A stretch of 64,000 nucleotides of DNA, from the IMG/VR virus record IMGVR_UViG_3300045988_144274, positions 21,807 to 85,806 of that record; one strand, given 5' to 3'. The notes beneath the pieces were generated by a model. That model made no database searches, was not told where the DNA came from, and worked only from the letters and a program-made list of their open reading frames with translations. The position numbers and the translations under genes are program-made. The stretch comes from a virus. Position 1 is the first letter of the stretch. Every line of letters starts with the position of its first letter. Below are positions 1 through 9,155 of this stretch, in pieces.

Positions 1-2
1 CT

Positions 3-266
3 TTGTTGAATAATAAAAACCATATTAAAAGTGGTGATCCTGAATATGACAAAGTATATGATGCTTTATTTTGGGAATGCGAGGATATGAAAGACTGGGC
101 TACTATTCTATTTGAAGTTCTTAACTTATTGTCAGTTGAGTTTTTTTTTGCGATTACAGAATTGACACAGACGTTCCGCCAAATGACACTGGAAAGAAAG
201 ACGAAGATGGAAGAACGAAAACAGTCATCGCAAGAACAAGCTACGGGGAAATGTTTGATTTTATAA
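3..266 (+). CDS. tail assembly chaperone, G-like product (5' end outside window)
   Basis: Open from window edge and ends just upstream of the tape measure gene. Overlaps the next ORF, which lies in the -1 frame. Call is by position only. Confidence 0.45.
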   Translation: MLNNKNHIKSGDPEYDKVYDALFWECEDMKDWATILFEVLNLLSVEFFFAITELTQTFRQMTLERKTKMEERKQSSQEQATGKCLIL

Positions 267-463
267 AAGCTTATCCATCTGTGACTATGGAACAATACAT
301 GTGGCACATGACAGTTCCTCAAATATTGCTAGCACAATACGATACAACTCATATTGAATATTTGTCAGAAGAACAAGCTAAAAAAGACAAAGCACCAAAA
401 ATAAATTCAGCCGACGACTTATTTAAAAACGATTTTGGCATACCAATTTTTAATCAAAAATAA
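251..463 (+). CDS. tail assembly chaperone extension (T-like part, probably made by -1 frameshift from the preceding ORF)
   Basis: In the -1 frame relative to 3..266. That frame is open from 140 (stop at 137-139), well upstream of its own ATG at 251. Ends 9 nt before the tape measure start. Confidence 0.4.
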   Translation: MFDFIKAYPSVTMEQYMWHMTVPQILLAQYDTTHIEYLSEEQAKKDKAPKINSADDLFKNDFGIPIFNQK

Positions 464-472
464 ATAATAACA

Positions 473-3400
473 ATGGGAGCAACAGGATATGTATTAACAA
501 TACCTGATGAGGTATTAAAGAAACTAGAATTAGCAGATACTAAAATAAATGCTATAGCTGAAAGTAGCGAAAAAACAGCAAACAGGTTCAATCAAGCATT
601 TTCGAGCATGGCTTTATCTGTTGACCCATTGATAAAACGGCTTGATGCATTAAAAAATATAGGTAAATTAGATTTAGGGTCAGGGTTAAAAAAATACACG
701 AGTGATTCGGAAAAGGCTGCTGCTGGAATAGCCGAAGTTGCGAATAAGCTGAATCAATTAAAATATATATCTTCTCAATCATCGTCTGCCAATAATTCTG
801 TTTTGGCATGGCAAGGTATTAATGAGAACTTAAAGATACAACAACAGCGATTAGATGCAATAAATCGTTCAATCAAAGAATATGAAAACACTTTATCTCA
901 AATACAAAGTGGTAAGGGTGGTGTATTATCAAAAGAAGATCAGTCTAATTACGCTGCAAATCTAGCCGAAGCCGAATCAATCAAACAAACAATAGCATTA
1001 TATCAACAAAAACAACAAGCGATTGTAAATTACCAGTTAGAACAAAAGAAGGTTGCTGACAATTTAGCTAAACTAAAAAGTTTAGAATCCGACTCAAAAT
1101 CTTTGCCTGAACAAAGAAAACGTGAAGAATTAGAAAGATTGAATGCTTTATATAGAAGTGGTCAATCCTTACTGCAAAAACAAGCGAAGGCGGAAGATGA
1201 ACTTGGTAAAGCTGCTCAAAAGGTTGCAATAGCATTAGATAAAGCTGCGAAAGCCGAAGAAAAGAAAAATAGCGCAAGAGCAAATAAGGCTAATCAAGAA
1301 GCAGCAAGAGCCGAAGAACAATACGCAAGAGCATTAAATAAAAGCGAGGTCACTATTGTTCAACGGGCAAGAAAGATTGAAGCATTAGCTAATGCACAAA
1401 GAGCCTTAAACTCTACTGGACGAGATTACTCTTCCCAATTATCTAAAATAGCATCGGAAACACAACGGCTTCAACAAGCAAACGATAATGTTGCAAAAAG
1501 TATGGAACGAGTTAAAAGATCTCAAAGTAGTGTACTCAATACTACCGATCAATTAACTAGGAAAATAGCATTATTATTTAGCGTTTCAGCTATACAGGGA
1601 TATGTGGAAAAGCTAGTTTCTGTACGAGGAGAATTTGAACTACAGCAAAGAGCATTGCAAGCAATTTTGCAAAACAAAGATGAGGCAAACGCTTTATGGG
1701 AAAAAACAGTGGCATTAGCTGTTAAATCACCATTCCAAGTAAAAGAATTGGTAACTTATACAAAACAGCTAGCAGCATATAGAATAGAATCTGATAAACT
1801 ATATGATACAACCAAAATGCTTGCTGACGTATCAGCAGGATTAGGCGTAGATATGGGTCGTCTTATTCTTGCATACGGACAGGTTAAGGCTGCTAACTAT
1901 TTACGTGCGTCAGAAGTAAGACAATTTACAGAAGCTGGTGTCGGATTGCTTCAAGAGCTTGCCACTATGTATACAGAACTAGAGGGTCGTATGGTATCTG
2001 TTGGCGAAGTCCAAGCTAGAATAACTAAACGTATGGTTGCCTTTGGTGATGTAGAAGAAGTTTTTAAACGAATTACGTCAGCAGGAGGTATATTTTATAA
2101 CATGCAAGAAATCCAAGCCGAGACATTGGCAGGTATGATTTCCAATCTTAAAGATAACTTTGATGTTATGTTTAATGAGATAGGAAAGGCTAATGATGGA
2201 GTTTTGAAAGGATTTATAAATATATTAAATACTGTAGTTGCACAATGGAGAGATTTTGCAATAGCATTAAATACCGCAGGCGCAGTTTTTGTTACATATT
2301 CTATAAAAGCTGCAATAGCAGCAGCAGCGAATAGAAAGATTGGCGTATCGGCAATCGAAGCAATGATAGCACAAGGTGGATTAGCTAAAGCTATTGGGTA
2401 TACTACAAATGCTCTAATAAAATCATTTAATTTTGTAAAGGCAAACCCGTGGATTCTTGTAGCTACAGCTATTGCAGGAACTATCTTCTATCTAAAAGAT
2501 TTAACAGAAAGACTTGACGAAACTCGTGCTACATACGATGTTTTAAATAATCAAATAGATACTCAAAAAAGCAATCTTGAATCTTTAACAAATAAAATAG
2601 AGAAGCAAGTTAAGGCACAAGAAGATGCAGAATCTTCTTTATCAAACGTAAAGAAGGGGACGCAAGAATATAAAGAAGCCGAACAAAAAGCTAATGAAGA
2701 AAGAGAAAAAACGCAGAAACTTTTAAATATACTAAAAACGCAATATCCCGAAGTATACGCAAAGGTAATGCAGAATAAAGAAGGTATAAAATCATTAGCA
2801 TCTGAACAAAAAAAATACAATGATGAACTTGAAAGAACGCAGACCTTAAATCGCTTAATGCAAGCAGGAACTCCTTTATTTGGAGATAGTTTTAGAGAAC
2901 AAGCAGAATCTTATACACAATCTTTAGATAGACAAAAAAAAGCTATCAAAAATCTAACAGGAGATTATGATTCTTTAGTAAAAGAAATCCAATTCCTATT
3001 TAAAACGGAAAAAGAAATACCAGATTCTATTAAAACACAGGTTAATTCAATAATAAATAGTAATACGACTATTGAAGAAAAAACACAGGCTCTTTTAGCA
3101 TACGCTAGATCATTGGCGACGCATACTCAAACATCAAATCGTATGCTCAATAATCTAAGGATTACAGCTAAAAAATCACTTGAAGATTTAGAAGATGCTA
3201 ATAAAAATAGAGTAGTTCAAATGCAGGAGATGAACAAAAGTTATGTTTCTTTAAGAGATAACGCTCTTAAAGAAGCAAATATTACATTAGCTGAATTTAA
3301 AGCTTTATCAAAAGAGCAACAAGAAGATTTAGGAAAGAGAATGGCAACATTTATAAAATCTTCTGCCGGGGCGGAAAGCAATTTTGCACGCTTTTTTTTA

Positions 3401-6274
3401 AAAAATAGAATAAAACAAGATTTAGGTATTAGCATTTCTTATGACGAAAAGGAAGTCGAGAAAGAAATGACCGACCTGCAAAAAAAACTATCTGAATATG
3501 TAAATGAATATAATAATAAGCCTGAAATAAAAGGGAAAAACGCTTTAAAATTGCCAATTGTTACAGCAGAAACAGATGTAGAAGAATATAGAGATAAAAT
3601 TTTTGCAGCTGGTAAAGCCTTAATTGAAGCAGCGCAGGAAAATGCCAATTCTGTTGAGAATCTTGCACCTCATATAGATAAGAATCAAAAGGTCGCAATT
3701 CAGTTAGCAAAATCAGCTGGGGAGGCTCAACAAGCTCTAGCTAAACTTTTTGGATATACGGATAAGAAAGGCGAAAAAGCCGGAGAGACAGCCTATGAGC
3801 GTAAGATAAAGGCTCAATTAGACTTATTGAAAAAAATGCAATCTCAATATGAGAAGCTAAGACAGACAATGGGAGAAGAAGATGCTACAAGCACTATAAC
3901 TTCATCTTTTGGAACAGCTTATCAAAAATTATTCAATAAGCCATTAAAACTTAAATTTGATAAGGCTTCGATAGCTAATGAGATGGAGTCCATTTCTAAT
4001 ACTATTAGTGGTAAATCAGCGGAAGCATTAAAGAGAAGTTGGCAAAATACCATTGGTGAATTACGTTCAGAAATTACAGTTTCAGCAACTCTTGATAATA
4101 TCAGTGAATTTGAACGTCAAATGGACTCAATGTTTAATAGCTATCAACTGTATATCGAATTGGAGGCTAAAGGTGTTCCTAAAGATCTGATTCAAAATCT
4201 GTTTGGCATTGATGTAACTACGTTGGACGATATAGCTAGAGCGTTAGAGGAAAAATATCCCGATGTTAAAAAATTAGGAGAAAAAGAACTTGATTCTTAT
4301 TTCAAGATACAGAAAAAAATAACTGATAATCAAAAGAACGAACTTGAAAGACGTTCTGATTTATTGTATAATTATTTAGAACAATCTGTAGACAAGGTTA
4401 AACAAGTACAAAATTCAGGAGCACTTGAAATCAGCTTTGCCACTGATTTCTTCAATAAAGGAAGCTTGAATGCCGAACAATATGCGACAGTCGTTAAAAA
4501 TGTCACAGAGAAAGTAAATAAGGAAGTTAGCAAGATTAATACAGATAAGTTCAAAGAAACTCCTGAATATATTCAAGCTATGGGTGACTTATCCGCTTAT
4601 TCTGCTTCTCAATTAGAAGTAATGATAGCTAGAATGCAGGAACTTATAAACTCTTCTGCCGGAAATCTAAATGCATCAGATTTGAAAGTATATACAGATT
4701 TGATAGATAAGATACAAGACAGATTAAAGCAGATTAAATCTCCGTTTAGTAAAAATGCTTTTGCAGAATTTAGAGAACTAAAAAGACTACAAGCGGAATT
4801 TAATGCAGAAACAGAAAGATATAATCAACTGTTGAGAGAGCAGAATATTGCTAAAGATAGACTTGAAAGCGCAAAAACAGAAGCCGAACAAGCTAGAGGT
4901 AGAGTTGGAATAGATGCGTCCGCAAAAGATGACCTTATAGCAGCTACAGAGAGTTTGCAAGATGCTAATAGTGCTTTAAATAATTCTAATGATAAATTGA
5001 ACATTTCACAAGGTAAACTGTCTAACATATCCGGTAAAATGGGACAGATACAGGGTGGAATGAGTGCAGCCATGTCAATGATTGACAAGATAGTTACTGG
5101 TATTTACCAATCTATTGAAGCGACCATTGATATAATGAATCAATTTAAAGAACTTCAAGAATCACAAGGCGTTGATACGTCCAAAGGAGGATGGAGAGAA
5201 GCGGCACAAGCAGGAGAATTATTGGGTAATGTAAATAATAAAGTGATGTCCTCTTGGAACAATTTCAAGAGTGGCAATATTGCCGGAGCAGTAGCCGATG
5301 CGGTTGGCTCTATAACATCTATTTTCACAACATTAAATAAGCAACATGATGCTAGAAGAGAGCAAACCATTCAAGAGGAAATAAAGCAAGTAGAAAAGCT
5401 TCAAAAGGCTTATCAAAGATTAGGTGATGCAATAGAAAATGCATATACTATTGATACTCTGAATATGAGTACTGAAAATGCTCAACGTAATATTCAAGAC
5501 CAAATCAAGAGCTATCAAAACATGATAGCTGCCGAAGAAGATAAGAAAGATACAGATTGGGATAGAATAGATGAATGGAAAGAAGCTATAATTGATTTGC
5601 AAGAACAGGCAGATGAACTTAGGAGTCAAAAACTTAATGAATTAGGAGGTTTTGGTAGCGGAGCAGACATGAAATCTGCCGCAGAAGAATTTGCATCTGC
5701 TTGGCTAGAAGCCTATAAAGAAACAGGTGATGGATTAACAGCATTAGAAGATAAATGGGATGAATATATCAATAATGTAATTATGAAACAGTTGGCTCTA
5801 AGAGGAATAGAAAAATTCTTAGAACCAATAATGAATAATCTGAATAATATGATCGGTTCGGATTCATATTTATCTGATGATGAATTAAAAGCGTTGCAGA
5901 AACAAATTGAAGAAAAGATGCCTGCTTTAAATGAGTATTTCAAAACAATATCAGAGAATTTCGGTGTACCAATTACTGGTGGAGAGGACAATGGCTCTAC
6001 TCTTAACAAAGGTATTCAAGGTGTGACGGAAGAAACCGCTAATGTTATTGAAGCTTATCTTAATTCAATGAGATATTTTGTCGCAGACACCAATATGGTT
6101 ATCAACAATTTCTTTGCTGCATTTACTAGCTTAGACCCATTGCAGAACCCAATGTACAGTGAGCTTGCAAATCAAACTAAACTTTTGAGAAGCATAGATG
6201 ATAGATTGGCAAGTGTTATTACATACAGTGGCGACCATCCTAACGGTGGGGCATCAATAAAAGTACTAACATAA
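473..6274 (+). CDS. tail tape measure protein
   Basis: 1933 aa, extremely helical/coiled-coil K/E/Q/A-rich sequence with central hydrophobic segments (FAIALNTAGAVFVTYSIKAAIAAAA, NPWILVATAIAGTIFYL). Follows the chaperone pair. Confidence 0.9.
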   Translation: MGATGYVLTIPDEVLKKLELADTKINAIAESSEKTANRFNQAFSSMALSVDPLIKRLDALKNIGKLDLGSGLKKYTSDSEKAAAGIAEVANKLNQLKYISSQSSSANNSVLAWQGINENLKIQQQRLDAINRSIKEYENTLSQIQSGKGGVLSKEDQSNYAANLAEAESIKQTIALYQQKQQAIVNYQLEQKKVADNLAKLKSLESDSKSLPEQRKREELERLNALYRSGQSLLQKQAKAEDELGKAAQKVAIALDKAAKAEEKKNSARANKANQEAARAEEQYARALNKSEVTIVQRARKIEALANAQRALNSTGRDYSSQLSKIASETQRLQQANDNVAKSMERVKRSQSSVLNTTDQLTRKIALLFSVSAIQGYVEKLVSVRGEFELQQRALQAILQNKDEANALWEKTVALAVKSPFQVKELVTYTKQLAAYRIESDKLYDTTKMLADVSAGLGVDMGRLILAYGQVKAANYLRASEVRQFTEAGVGLLQELATMYTELEGRMVSVGEVQARITKRMVAFGDVEEVFKRITSAGGIFYNMQEIQAETLAGMISNLKDNFDVMFNEIGKANDGVLKGFINILNTVVAQWRDFAIALNTAGAVFVTYSIKAAIAAAANRKIGVSAIEAMIAQGGLAKAIGYTTNALIKSFNFVKANPWILVATAIAGTIFYLKDLTERLDETRATYDVLNNQIDTQKSNLESLTNKIEKQVKAQEDAESSLSNVKKGTQEYKEAEQKANEEREKTQKLLNILKTQYPEVYAKVMQNKEGIKSLASEQKKYNDELERTQTLNRLMQAGTPLFGDSFREQAESYTQSLDRQKKAIKNLTGDYDSLVKEIQFLFKTEKEIPDSIKTQVNSIINSNTTIEEKTQALLAYARSLATHTQTSNRMLNNLRITAKKSLEDLEDANKNRVVQMQEMNKSYVSLRDNALKEANITLAEFKALSKEQQEDLGKRMATFIKSSAGAESNFARFFLKNRIKQDLGISISYDEKEVEKEMTDLQKKLSEYVNEYNNKPEIKGKNALKLPIVTAETDVEEYRDKIFAAGKALIEAAQENANSVENLAPHIDKNQKVAIQLAKSAGEAQQALAKLFGYTDKKGEKAGETAYERKIKAQLDLLKKMQSQYEKLRQTMGEEDATSTITSSFGTAYQKLFNKPLKLKFDKASIANEMESISNTISGKSAEALKRSWQNTIGELRSEITVSATLDNISEFERQMDSMFNSYQLYIELEAKGVPKDLIQNLFGIDVTTLDDIARALEEKYPDVKKLGEKELDSYFKIQKKITDNQKNELERRSDLLYNYLEQSVDKVKQVQNSGALEISFATDFFNKGSLNAEQYATVVKNVTEKVNKEVSKINTDKFKETPEYIQAMGDLSAYSASQLEVMIARMQELINSSAGNLNASDLKVYTDLIDKIQDRLKQIKSPFSKNAFAEFRELKRLQAEFNAETERYNQLLREQNIAKDRLESAKTEAEQARGRVGIDASAKDDLIAATESLQDANSALNNSNDKLNISQGKLSNISGKMGQIQGGMSAAMSMIDKIVTGIYQSIEATIDIMNQFKELQESQGVDTSKGGWREAAQAGELLGNVNNKVMSSWNNFKSGNIAGAVADAVGSITSIFTTLNKQHDARREQTIQEEIKQVEKLQKAYQRLGDAIENAYTIDTLNMSTENAQRNIQDQIKSYQNMIAAEEDKKDTDWDRIDEWKEAIIDLQEQADELRSQKLNELGGFGSGADMKSAAEEFASAWLEAYKETGDGLTALEDKWDEYINNVIMKQLALRGIEKFLEPIMNNLNNMIGSDSYLSDDELKALQKQIEEKMPALNEYFKTISENFGVPITGGEDNGSTLNKGIQGVTEETANVIEAYLNSMRYFVADTNMVINNFFAAFTSLDPLQNPMYSELANQTKLLRSIDDRLASVITYSGDHPNGGASIKVLT

Positions 6275-6294
6275 TATTGTTTTCAGGAAGGATT

Positions 6295-6322
6295 AGCCGG
6301 AGTAAATTCCGGCTTTTCTTAT
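6295..6322 (+). terminator. intrinsic terminator after tape measure gene
   Basis: AGCCGGA-gtaaat-TCCGGCT hairpin followed by TTTCTTATTT. Confidence 0.7.
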
Positions 6323-6329
6323 TTAATAG

Positions 6330-6525
6330 CTATTCTATACAAAAATATAGGAGTATGTTTTCTAGACCACTCCTATATATAAATAAGACAACCATAATAA
6401 ATAGACTCGTACGCATTGTACGTACTGTACGAGTTAGAACTCAAATTAGAAACCGAATTATTAAACATTAATCTCTTTTTGCAATGCAGGTAGCTCCAAC
6501 TATCTGCATTCTTTGCTCCTAACTT
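6330..6525 (-). ncRNA. candidate ~190-nt small RNA (unit A)
   Basis: ORF-free segment between the minus-strand TATATTTGCAG box (6530-6540) and the minus-strand hairpin ATAGGAGT...ACTCCTAT followed by ATTTTTG. Contains hairpins 6483-6510 and ACTCGTAC...GTACGAGT with three GTACG copies. Confidence 0.25.
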
Positions 6526-6529
6526 TCTG

Positions 6530-6540
6530 CTGCAAATATA
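6530..6540 (-). promoter_or_regulatory. Bacteroidota-type -7 promoter box, extended form TATATTTGCAG
   Basis: Reverse complement of ctgcaaatata. Matches TAnnTTTG. Identical 11-mer at four other sites. Confidence 0.35.
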
Positions 6541-6543
6541 GTA

Positions 6544-6891
6544 CTAATTTTCTCTATTCCAAAATTTGTCTAAGTCTTTTGGTAGAATTGGTTCTATTTT
6601 TTTCAGTAAATCTTCATAAATAGAAGTATATACCTTGTGAAATTTCAATCCATTCTTTATTTTAGCACACATTTTTTTTATAGATCGAGGTTGTCTTGGA
6701 TATACTTTACTAATTGTCAATGGAGACATTTCCAACTTATAATGTAATATATAAAAAAGGAAAGCTCTAGCCGATACGACATTTTCCATCCTTTCTTTAT
6801 TTACAAGTTCTTGTTCTGTCACTCCAAAATGAGTGCAGACTATTTTCTCAATCTCATCTATTTTCTTTGCTACATCAAGTTCTAAAGTCAT
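6544..6891 (-). CDS. DnaA C-terminal-domain-like helix-turn-helix protein (putative regulator)
   Basis: Pattern FGVTEQELVNKERMENVVSARAFLFYILHYKLEMSPLTISKVY..RSIKK resembles the Bac_DnaA_C HTH domain. Isolated minus-strand gene between plus-strand blocks. Confidence 0.5.
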   Translation of the reverse strand: MTLELDVAKKIDEIEKIVCTHFGVTEQELVNKERMENVVSARAFLFYILHYKLEMSPLTISKVYPRQPRSIKKMCAKIKNGLKFHKVYTSIYEDLLKKIEPILPKDLDKFWNREN

Positions 6892-6913
6892 AGTGTACTA
6901 TTATGGACACAAA

Positions 6914-6929
6914 TGTACTAATTAGTACA
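6914..6929. promoter_or_regulatory. perfect 16-bp palindrome TGTACTAATTAGTACA (candidate operator)
   Basis: Lies between the -7 box at 6938-6945 and the start codon at 6891. Overlaps a second inverted repeat, TAGTGTACTA (6891-6900) / TAGTACACTA (6923-6932). Confidence 0.4.
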
Positions 6930-6937
6930 CTACCTTC

Positions 6938-6945
6938 CAAATATA
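6938..6945 (-). promoter_or_regulatory. -7 promoter box TATATTTG for the HTH gene
   Basis: Reverse complement of caaatata, 47 nt upstream of the ATG at 6891. Confidence 0.4.
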
Positions 6946-7075
6946 TTCGGGAATATTTCATATACAGTTGGTATTCAACGTGATATATACTATAAAATAC
7001 TGCGTAGTGTATTTCTGTAGTTTTCACCTTATTTATTGCATAGTTCAATGTCGGACTATATTAAATGTATTTTTT

Positions 7076-8059
7076 ATGGAATCAAAAACAGTTGTTTATA
7101 CTCCTGATGCAGGGAGTGGAAGCGGAAGTGGAATGATGGCTATGCTTGCTCCACTTTTGCAGCAGAAAGGTATTGATCCTAACTTGTTAATGGCTTTGAA
7201 TAGCAAAGGAAATGGAAACGGGTTTGGTGGAGATGGCTCATGGTTCTTATGGATTATCTTCTTGTTCTTCCTTTTCCCTCTTTTCGGTCGTAATGGTTGG
7301 GGTAATAATGGTGGTAACGATGGTGGAAATGGTGGCGGATATGGTGTCGCTGGTATTCCAAATTTGATTAACAATGATGCAGGAAGGGAATTACTAATGA
7401 GTGCTATTCAAGGAAATGGTCAGGCTATTAACACTTTAGCTACCAATTTGAATTGTTCGGTTGGACAAATTCAACAGTCTATTAATGGCGTTATGACACA
7501 AATTCAAGGTGTTGGTAATCAAGTGGGTATGTCAAGCCAACAAATTATCAATAGCATTCAATCTGGAAATTGTCAGATTGCACAGGCTATTGCAGATTGT
7601 TGCTGCAAGACACAGAATGCTATTACTACGCAAGGTTATGAAAATCAGTTGTCTATTTGCAATCAGACCAATACATTGGTTAACACTGCAAATCAGAACA
7701 CTTTGGCTTTACGTGATGGAGCAACTGCCAATACGCAAGCTATCTTGTCTAAATTGGATGCTATGCAGAATCAGAACTTGCTTGATAAAATTGACAAGCT
7801 TCGTGAAGATAAGAGTACTTTGCTTGCTCAAATTTCTAACGATGCACAGACAAGAAATATTCAAGCTTTCCAAGCTCAAACTATTGCGCCTGTAAATGCT
7901 GCTCTTAGTGATTTAAGTGCTCGATTGGCTAAAATTGAATGTAAACAACCTGAAACAGTAACAATTCCATACATTCCAGCAATGGGAAGTATGATTCCTG
8001 TAAACTATAGTGTGCCTGTAAGTATGGGGGTTACTCCTTACACTAACTGCGGTTGTTAA
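7076..8059 (+). CDS. Gly/Asn/Gln-rich single-pass membrane protein with Cys cluster, unknown function
   Basis: Track ORF 6968..8059 starts at TTG. ATG at 7076 (MESKTVV) is the more plausible start. Contains a GSGSGSG tract, TM segment WFLWIIFLFFLFPLF, GNNGGNDGGNGGGYG tract, long Q/N-rich helical region, CCC motif and C-terminal NCGC. Confidence 0.6.
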   Translation: MESKTVVYTPDAGSGSGSGMMAMLAPLLQQKGIDPNLLMALNSKGNGNGFGGDGSWFLWIIFLFFLFPLFGRNGWGNNGGNDGGNGGGYGVAGIPNLINNDAGRELLMSAIQGNGQAINTLATNLNCSVGQIQQSINGVMTQIQGVGNQVGMSSQQIINSIQSGNCQIAQAIADCCCKTQNAITTQGYENQLSICNQTNTLVNTANQNTLALRDGATANTQAILSKLDAMQNQNLLDKIDKLREDKSTLLAQISNDAQTRNIQAFQAQTIAPVNAALSDLSARLAKIECKQPETVTIPYIPAMGSMIPVNYSVPVSMGVTPYTNCGC

Positions 8060-8073
8060 GAAAGGAGGTATCT

Positions 8074-8562
8074 ATGTATGGTAATCCTTTAAATCCGTTC
8101 AATCCATATTGGTGGGTAGGTGGTCCCGGTCCAGCTATTCCGACAAGACAACGTTCTTGTTTGAAACAACTCTGTATATTTGAGTTGCCGACAACAAACG
8201 TAGCCTTATCAGAGACGAGTGTAGACTATGGGATTGATAAATGTCTGTATAATCAGCTTCCTTGTGAATGTTATGTGACTGTGCAAGTTAATCAAGCAGT
8301 TCCAACAGGTGGTGAAGCACTGCCTGTAACGATTGCTATTCCAACGTCCAATAATAGTACAAATGTAGGGAGTTCTTCTTCTAATAATGGTGAAAGTAAA
8401 GTAAATGTTATAGACCATAACAGTTCAAATGTTATTGGTTCTGATATAACAAACTCAAAAGAAGTATTTGCTTTTATCAATAAAAGAGAAGGGATTATAC
8501 GTTTTGTCAATTTTCAGACAGGCGGAACAACCCCTGCACCTACATCAGTAGCAAGTAAGTGA
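8074..8562 (+). CDS. hypothetical protein
   Basis: ATG at 8074 preceded by AAGGAGG (8062-8068). Track ORF starts at 8053. No motif recognised. Confidence 0.6.
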   Translation: MYGNPLNPFNPYWWVGGPGPAIPTRQRSCLKQLCIFELPTTNVALSETSVDYGIDKCLYNQLPCECYVTVQVNQAVPTGGEALPVTIAIPTSNNSTNVGSSSSNNGESKVNVIDHNSSNVIGSDITNSKEVFAFINKREGIIRFVNFQTGGTTPAPTSVASK

Positions 8563-8566
8563 ATCT

Positions 8567-8592
8567 ATAGACGGGAGTAAAATCCCGTCTAT
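8567..8592 (+). terminator. hairpin, possible terminator
   Basis: ATAGACGGGA-gtaaaa-TCCCGTCTAT directly after the stop codon. No U-tract. Confidence 0.4.
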
Positions 8593-8617
8593 GTAAAACA
8601 AATTAAAAGTTTATTAT

Positions 8618-9148
8618 ATGTTTTCATCAAGTAGACAAGGTGGTTTTATATATGTTCTTTCTAAAGGAGAAAGACCAACAGTTAAGATAGGGCAGATTGA
8701 ATCTGTAAGTTCACCTGTCCCTAAATATCCTACTTATAATCCGTCAATACCTTATAGTCCTCAACCAGAAATGCTTATTGACATTAAGGTAAGATGTGGC
8801 GAGGAAGTTTTAGACTTTCAAAAATTACCAGCAAATGGTGAAATGTTCGCTTATCCAAATGTGATTGTTTCCGAAAAGAAGGAGGCTATCATTTCGGAAG
8901 TTGAAGCAATGATACAAACTAGTAAGCAAATTGTAGAAAGCGTTCCATATCATAAGTCTGTTATAGAATCTTGTGATAGTATTTTAAAAGAACTAAATCC
9001 TCAATTTGCTAAAGAGAAGCAACAAGAAGATAGGATTAATTCATTGGAACAGGAGGTTAAATCCGTAAAAGATGGATTGGGAGATATAAAATCTCTTTTG
9101 ATAGAAATGAATACGTCTAATAAACCCAAAACAACAAATTCTAAATAA
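8618..9148 (+). CDS. hypothetical protein with C-terminal coiled coil
   Basis: Track ORF in a co-directional block. No motif recognised. Confidence 0.6.
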   Translation: MFSSSRQGGFIYVLSKGERPTVKIGQIESVSSPVPKYPTYNPSIPYSPQPEMLIDIKVRCGEEVLDFQKLPANGEMFAYPNVIVSEKKEAIISEVEAMIQTSKQIVESVPYHKSVIESCDSILKELNPQFAKEKQQEDRINSLEQEVKSVKDGLGDIKSLLIEMNTSNKPKTTNSK

Positions 9149-9155
9149 TAATATT

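Noticed and set aside
588-6009. Eleven minus-strand ORFs of 60-98 aa inside the tape measure gene (e.g. 588..809, 2563..2820, 4825..5088, 5713..6009)
   Set aside because: All are antisense shadows of a single uninterrupted 1933-aa gene. The sequences are low-complexity, Cys/Phe/Ser-rich and lack starts in sensible context.
6277-6471. Track ORF 6277..6471 (+) after the tape measure gene
   Set aside because: It starts inside the terminator region and is read through three hairpins. The product is Arg/Ile-rich and arbitrary.
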